20,000 nt of DNA, taken from the IMG/VR virus record IMGVR_UViG_3300020036_009184, one strand, 5' to 3'. The notes below the pieces were generated by a model that saw only the letters and a list, made by a program, of their open reading frames with translations, ran no database searches and was not told the DNA's origin. The stretch is from an uncultured virus (IMG/VR IMGVR_UViG_3300020036_009184). Lineage: Duplodnaviria; Heunggongvirae; Uroviricota; Caudoviricetes. A program made the position numbers and the translations under genes. Positions 14,858 to 20,000 of the stretch are shown here, one piece after another (the stretch's first letter is position 1; each line of letters opens with the position of its first letter).

Positions 14858-16944
14858 AGATGTATATTAAACGGTTCACTCAGCGTCTGACAACGCAAAT
14901 TGACGGGTTTGAAATGCCCTGTCAGTTGCCAGACATGCCTCCCCAAAAGGAGATGGTGAACTATGGGCTTCCGATACATCAACAAAAATTCTATCGGACG
15001 GAAGTCCCGTACGATATACGGACCTGGGAGAGTAAAAAAGAAGAAGCCTTTGTCGCAGCAGAATGGCACAAACGCCTCAATGGAGTCTGGTTTTTGATCA
15101 AGGGGAAACCGGTGTATATCACTGGGCCGGCGTATGTTTTCTTCAATTATTGGCATACGGAAGCGGGCCCCCTGCCGACATTCAGGATGGAAGCGGTTGA
15201 GTATTTCCAGGTGTGGGATATGGTGCTGCGAGATAAGTCCTGCATGGGCTTGCTGGATATCAAATGCCGCCGTCTTGGCGACACAGAGAAGGCTTCGTTT
15301 TGTGGGTGGGAATTAATTACCAGGTATCGGAATAGTTGGTTTGGAATGCAGAATATCTCCGACGATGACGCCTGGGAGAATTTTCAGCGGGTGGTCATGT
15401 CGAACCGGTCTATGGTTTATTTCTTCAAACCGGTGCCATTTGAATCAGACATGCCACAAAGCATACTGGAGTTCAAGTTCCCGAGACAGAGGATTACCAA
15501 CAGAACCAGGGAGAATATCAACTACTCATTTGCTGAGATGCAAAAAGAGTTGAAATCAAAAATTGACTTCAAGGCAACAGTGCTGAAAGCGTATGACGGT
15601 AAACGTCTGCGTTATTACCATTTGGATGAACCGGGAAAGGTTGATCCAAAGAAGATGCACGTTTATAAGCAGTGGGAGATCGTAAAGGTATGTCTCACGC
15701 TGTTTAACGGCAAAGTCATTGTCGGGAAAGGGGCATTGACGACTACAATCGAGCACTTCAAAGATGGCGAGTCAGTCGCTATCATGTCAGACTTGTGGGA
15801 CCAGTCTGATCCAACACTAAGGAACGAGAACGGGCAGACCACAACCGGCCTATGGCGGGTGTTTCGCGGATATAAACTGGCCGCAGAAGTTGACGAGTGG
15901 GGCTATCATTTGGTAGAAGAGGCTACGCAGCGCCGGCAGGCTACAATCAAAGACCTGGAGAAAAAACGTCGCTTTGACGACATTACGACATTTAAGCGAA
16001 AGTATCCAGCCAATATTCAGGAAGCCCTGGTGCCGCCAGAGGACGACTGCATCTTGTCCCCTTATCTTATCGACGAACAGATCAATGAAATCTCGCTACG
16101 AACAGATGCTGGCGACCACTGGCCTACTCGCGCAGTAAAGGGCAATCTGGAATGGAAGTTTGGCTTCGGCTCCGAAGTGGTGTGGGTGCCGAGTGAGCAT
16201 GGGCGATGGTTGATTTCTGGCCATCCTCCGGTAAAAAATCTTATCCAGCGCCGGGGCGGTCTGCCGTTCCCGGGGAATACGGTTCACTTTGCTGGTGGCT
16301 GTGACCCTATCGACCACATGCAACCCAAAACGAATGCGTCGAACGGCGCCATCGCTATTGCGGCAATACCGGATATGCTCAGGGAGAATCAATCGTTATT
16401 TATCCGCGACGAGCATGGTAATATCACCAATACGGATGTAATGATCACGAATCGTTGCGTCTGCACCTATGCTTACCGGCATGAAAATCCGTATGACTAC
16501 TATGCTGACGTATTGAAAACGTGTTTGTACTACGGCTGTCAGGTAAACATCGAAACCCAGAAGCCTGGCCTAATTGCTTGGCTGTCGGAGAAGGGGTATA
16601 TGGGCTATCTATCAGTTCGCCCTGTGCTGACAGACTCGAAAGGAATGACCAAACCGAATCGTCGTCAAACAAGCAATATCGGCATGCACGCGAACACAGA
16701 AACGATATTGTCATACGTTGAAGCCATAAAACAGCACAATATCTCGTATATTGGCACGCATACACATCTTGACCTGCTCAAAGATATGCGCCAATACAAC
16801 GGGAAAAAGGACAATAGAACAAAGCGCGACTTGACCGTTGCCTGGGGTCATGCGCTCACTTTGGCAAATTCTGTGGCATATCTGACTGAAAAGACCAACA
16901 AAAAAACGGAACAGTGGGGGGCCCCGTTCCGAAACTATAACTGA
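14854..16944 (+). CDS. terL: terminase large subunit
   Basis: ATG at 14854 in an ATGA overlap. EWHKRLNGVWF..YITG..Y..NY N-terminal block, KCRRLGDT Walker A region, YYHLDEPGK Walker B, TTT coupling motif, and RNase H-type nuclease with GGCDPID, NIE and RDLTVAWG. Confidence 0.9.
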   Translation: MKMYIKRFTQRLTTQIDGFEMPCQLPDMPPQKEMVNYGLPIHQQKFYRTEVPYDIRTWESKKEEAFVAAEWHKRLNGVWFLIKGKPVYITGPAYVFFNYWHTEAGPLPTFRMEAVEYFQVWDMVLRDKSCMGLLDIKCRRLGDTEKASFCGWELITRYRNSWFGMQNISDDDAWENFQRVVMSNRSMVYFFKPVPFESDMPQSILEFKFPRQRITNRTRENINYSFAEMQKELKSKIDFKATVLKAYDGKRLRYYHLDEPGKVDPKKMHVYKQWEIVKVCLTLFNGKVIVGKGALTTTIEHFKDGESVAIMSDLWDQSDPTLRNENGQTTTGLWRVFRGYKLAAEVDEWGYHLVEEATQRRQATIKDLEKKRRFDDITTFKRKYPANIQEALVPPEDDCILSPYLIDEQINEISLRTDAGDHWPTRAVKGNLEWKFGFGSEVVWVPSEHGRWLISGHPPVKNLIQRRGGLPFPGNTVHFAGGCDPIDHMQPKTNASNGAIAIAAIPDMLRENQSLFIRDEHGNITNTDVMITNRCVCTYAYRHENPYDYYADVLKTCLYYGCQVNIETQKPGLIAWLSEKGYMGYLSVRPVLTDSKGMTKPNRRQTSNIGMHANTETILSYVEAIKQHNISYIGTHTHLDLLKDMRQYNGKKDNRTKRDLTVAWGHALTLANSVAYLTEKTNKKTEQWGAPFRNYN

Positions 16945-16946
16945 CC

Positions 16947-19334
16947 ATGACAAACGAAGTTGAAAAGCCTAAAAGTCTAGCCCTGTTTGGGGATAAATAC
17001 GTTTCCGACTACAAAGAAGGAACGGTAAAGGCGCCGGCCGATGTTCGCCCGGAAGCGGATGATCCACAATTTTACCTTGACTTTGCCAACTGGGCATATA
17101 GCCGGTACTGTAATGGCTTTACGCAGGTACTCCCTGGTGGGTATATGCCGAACATGAATGCGGACCGGTCAATCACGGAACTTCGCCTGTACGGCCGGGG
17201 TCAGCAGCCTATCGAAAAATATAAGGCACGTATTGATGTGTCAAAAATCGAGGGGCTGGATGGCAAAAAGCTCGGACTGGTCAATATCTCCTGGGATCAA
17301 CACCGGGTATATCCTAAATTCCGGGAGATAATCATTGATCGATTAATGTCGGTCGAGCATGAGCCGACTATTGTTGCCATTGACTCCCCATCGCTCAGGA
17401 AAAAGCAATTGCAGTATGCTTCCGACAAACTGGCGGCAATGGGGCAATCAAAAGCCTTTTTCCAGCAGATCGGAATGAAGCCAGACGGGCTCAATGAGGA
17501 TATTGACAAAATGACGCCGGCCGACGTAGAGGTGATGAACCAGTTGGGCGGATACCGGGTTGCTGTGGAGATTGCAATGAAGGAAGCCGCGATGGCATCT
17601 ATCCAGTTCTCGAATTATGATCCGGAATTACGCCGGCAATTGACCGAGGACCAGGTAGACTTGGGCATCCATGGCACGCACCAGAAGTTCGATAAGGCTT
17701 CTGGCCGGCAGATTATCGAGTATATCGACCCGGCAGGGCTGATTATGCCGATATCGGAATATGACGATTGTCGGGATATTGATTATGCCGGCTTCTTGAA
17801 AAATAGAACAATCAGTTACTTGCGACAATGCTCCGACCTCACTGAACAGCAGTTGATGGAGATCGCAAAACAGTATTCCTCTGTGGGCGCCAATGGCCTT
17901 TTCACAAAAAGTCAGGATGGATTCGCTTTCTCTTCCCGGGGGAACTACGCGCAGCGCTTTGCCGGCACCACGCCATACGATCAATTCCAGATTCAGACCA
18001 TGACATTGTACTTTGTCGCTCTGGATGTGGAGCGCTTTATTGTTGGATACCGGCCGGAAGGTAATCGGATCTTTGACAAAGTAAAGCGGGATGCGGAATT
18101 GAATGACCGGGATGAGAAGCGCGGCAAAGGCGTGCAGGACAATGTGATCCAGTACGTGTATCGCTGCGAATGGATTGTCGGCACTAATACGGTATTCAAC
18201 TATGGTGTTGAAGATGTCGTGGTCCGGGAAGGTACACCTGGAGCGATGCGAGCGAAACTGCCCATTGCCGTTTATCGCTCGAACCAGCCATCTGTCACAG
18301 CAGCCTGTGTAGGCGCCATAGACGACCTGCAGTTGGCAGTGTATTAGAAGCGCCACGCTTTATCGGTTATGCCTCCGGCCCCCAATGTGGCCATTGACAC
18401 GGCTATTATGGAAGACTCTATGCAGTTGGGAGCATATAAACTGGACCCGATTGATATGATCGACATCTATGCCGTCAAAGGCTATCTATTTTACCGGTCA
18501 AAATCCGAGTATGGATTACCGGGCGATGGAGCGAGTAACCGTCCCCCCATCACACCTCTGGGTGACAATACAGAAAAGTACCTCATTGCAATGCAAAGTG
18601 AAATGCAGGCTGCAATCCAATCGCTCCGCGAAATATCGGGCGTAAATGAATTGACGGACGGAACAGGTAATCCCCGGGATGTTCTGAACCAGGTAGCAGC
18701 CAGTTATGAGCAATCGAGCAATCGAAGCATTTCCCGACTTTATACGGCGATGACCTCGCATTACAAAAGCATGGTGAATCTCCTGGTCCGTGGATACCAG
18801 TCGGTGTCTGCATACGGGGGCCGGAACATCCATTACCTCCCTATTGGTACAGATGTTGTCCGGATGGTACAGATGTATCCGGAATATTCGATGAACGAGT
18901 TGGATATCTCAGTTAAGCCAGGGTTTGATAAGAGCCGGCGCGATCTGACATTCCAGGCATTGATCAGTAATCGGGATCAGCAGAAGATTACCGAGGATGT
19001 GTACCTGACTGTGCTCAACATCATCCAGACTGGCAGTATTGAGCAGGCGCAATTTGTCCTTGCCAAAGCGGTGGCTGACAAAGCAAGAGAAGATCAGGCA
19101 AACCAGATTGAATTGATGCGCCAGCAGAGTGCTGCCCAGGCAGAACAGGCGCAACTTACAGAACAGGCGAAACAGCAAACTGTGGCGATGGAAGGAGATG
19201 TGAAATCAAAACAGATCGTTTTGGAAGCCCAGGAAGAACGGGAAACAGAGAAATTGAAAAGCCAATTGCGCATCGCAGAGATGCAAATGCAGTCTACAAT
19301 GACACAAAATCAACCACTTGGCGCAACAGGTTAG
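16947..19334 (+). CDS. portal protein interrupted by one in-frame TAG (18345-18347)
   Basis: ORFs 16947-18347 and 18369-19334 share a frame and are separated only by one TAG; joined length is 795 codons. Follows terL; has LRLYGRGQQPIEKYK, NISWD..PKF..I, REISGVNELTDG and a Gln-rich coiled C-terminus typical of crAss/Flavobacteria-phage-type portals. Confidence 0.85.
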
Positions 19335-19354
19335 GTGATTTAACAATAATAGTA

Positions 19355-19362
19355 TAATTTTG
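19355..19362 (+). promoter_or_regulatory. Bacteroidota sigma-A -7 promoter element
   Basis: TAATTTTG(CA) matches TAnnTTTG in the AT-rich gap after the portal, about 30 nt before the next ATG. Confidence 0.65.
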
Positions 19363-19393
19363 CACTCAAACACACACCAAAAAGTATAATAAC

Positions 19394-20000
19394 ATGCTAA
19401 TTGACAATCCTAATTCCGAACAACAAGTGGAAGCGCCACAATATCTGAGCGCACAGGAACTTATTCAATCTGACCAAGGCGGGGCGCCGGGGACAGAAGA
19501 TCAAGCGCCTGTGGTCGAGGAAATTGCAGGTATTCCAAAGGATCAATTTTACAACGCTCTCCGGGCTGAGTTCGGAGACGATGCTACTGTTGAAGCCTTA
19601 AAAGCCAATCGTGACGCTGCCGGCCGCGCATCGCAATTGGAACAGAAAATTCGGGAATACGAGGCAAGTGCCAAAATATCTCCATACGCGAATCCCGCTG
19701 TCGAGCGCATCAATAATTTGATGAAGGAAGGCAAGGGCATTAGCGAGGTGGCGAAGTATTTGGAATTATCCTCGCTGGATCTCACCACAATGCAGCCGAT
19801 TGAAGTGATTCGTCGGCATTATGCGTTGAGTCAGCCCGGTATTCCGGCTGATTTGATTGACGGCCTGATCGAAAATGATCTAGGCTTTGACCCCTCTGAC
19901 CCAGAGGCTGAATTAACGAGTGCTCAAAAAGCGAATTTGTGGAAGAAACAGCAAGACGCCGTATCCTTCCTCAGAGATCAGCAGTTGTCAGCGGATAATC
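19394..20000 (+). CDS. probable capsid scaffolding protein (truncated by the window edge; not in the ORF track)
   Basis: Open from ATG 19394 to the end (MLIDNPNSEQQVEAPQYL...KYLELSSLDLTTMQPIEVIRRHY...). Acidic, low-complexity N-terminus and then helical; directly follows the portal. Confidence 0.6.
   Translation, partial: MLIDNPNSEQQVEAPQYLSAQELIQSDQGGAPGTEDQAPVVEEIAGIPKDQFYNALRAEFGDDATVEALKANRDAAGRASQLEQKIREYEASAKISPYANPAVERINNLMKEGKGISEVAKYLELSSLDLTTMQPIEVIRRHYALSQPGIPADLIDGLIENDLGFDPSDPEAELTSAQKANLWKKQQDAVSFLRDQQLSADN

Noticed and set aside
6412..19334. Genome-wide TAG reassignment (genetic code 15)
   Set aside because: Only one internal TAG in about 12.9 kb of late genes. TAG ends genes at 120, 1817, 2718, 6362 and 19334, and is followed by promoters or new starts in most of these cases.
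240..19788. Minus-strand and nested alternative-frame ORFs in the track
   Set aside because: They are shadows of well-supported + strand genes or RNAs and have no recognisable motifs.

Overview
All credible genes lie on the + strand of what looks like a tailed dsDNA phage of Bacteroidota: TAnnTTTG promoters, A-rich starts without Shine-Dalgarno sites, and a terminase/portal pair of the type seen in crAss-like and Flavobacteria-type phages. The left part (1-6.4 kb) is an accessory region of short ORFs: a tandem paralog pair, RuvA, a small P-loop protein, an ASCH protein and an HNH nuclease. It also holds three tRNA-shaped elements whose anticodon arms are all abnormal (two with large structured inserts, one with a 6-nt loop) and two other candidate structured RNAs. 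Next comes a phage chaperonin operon (divergent GroEL, a single-domain GroES and a tandem double-GroES), a possible small terminase, and a 1649-aa fibre-like protein with a Sec signal peptide. The window ends with the large terminase, a portal gene split by one in-frame TAG, and the start of a probable scaffold gene. All calls come from motif recognition by eye; no searches were run.
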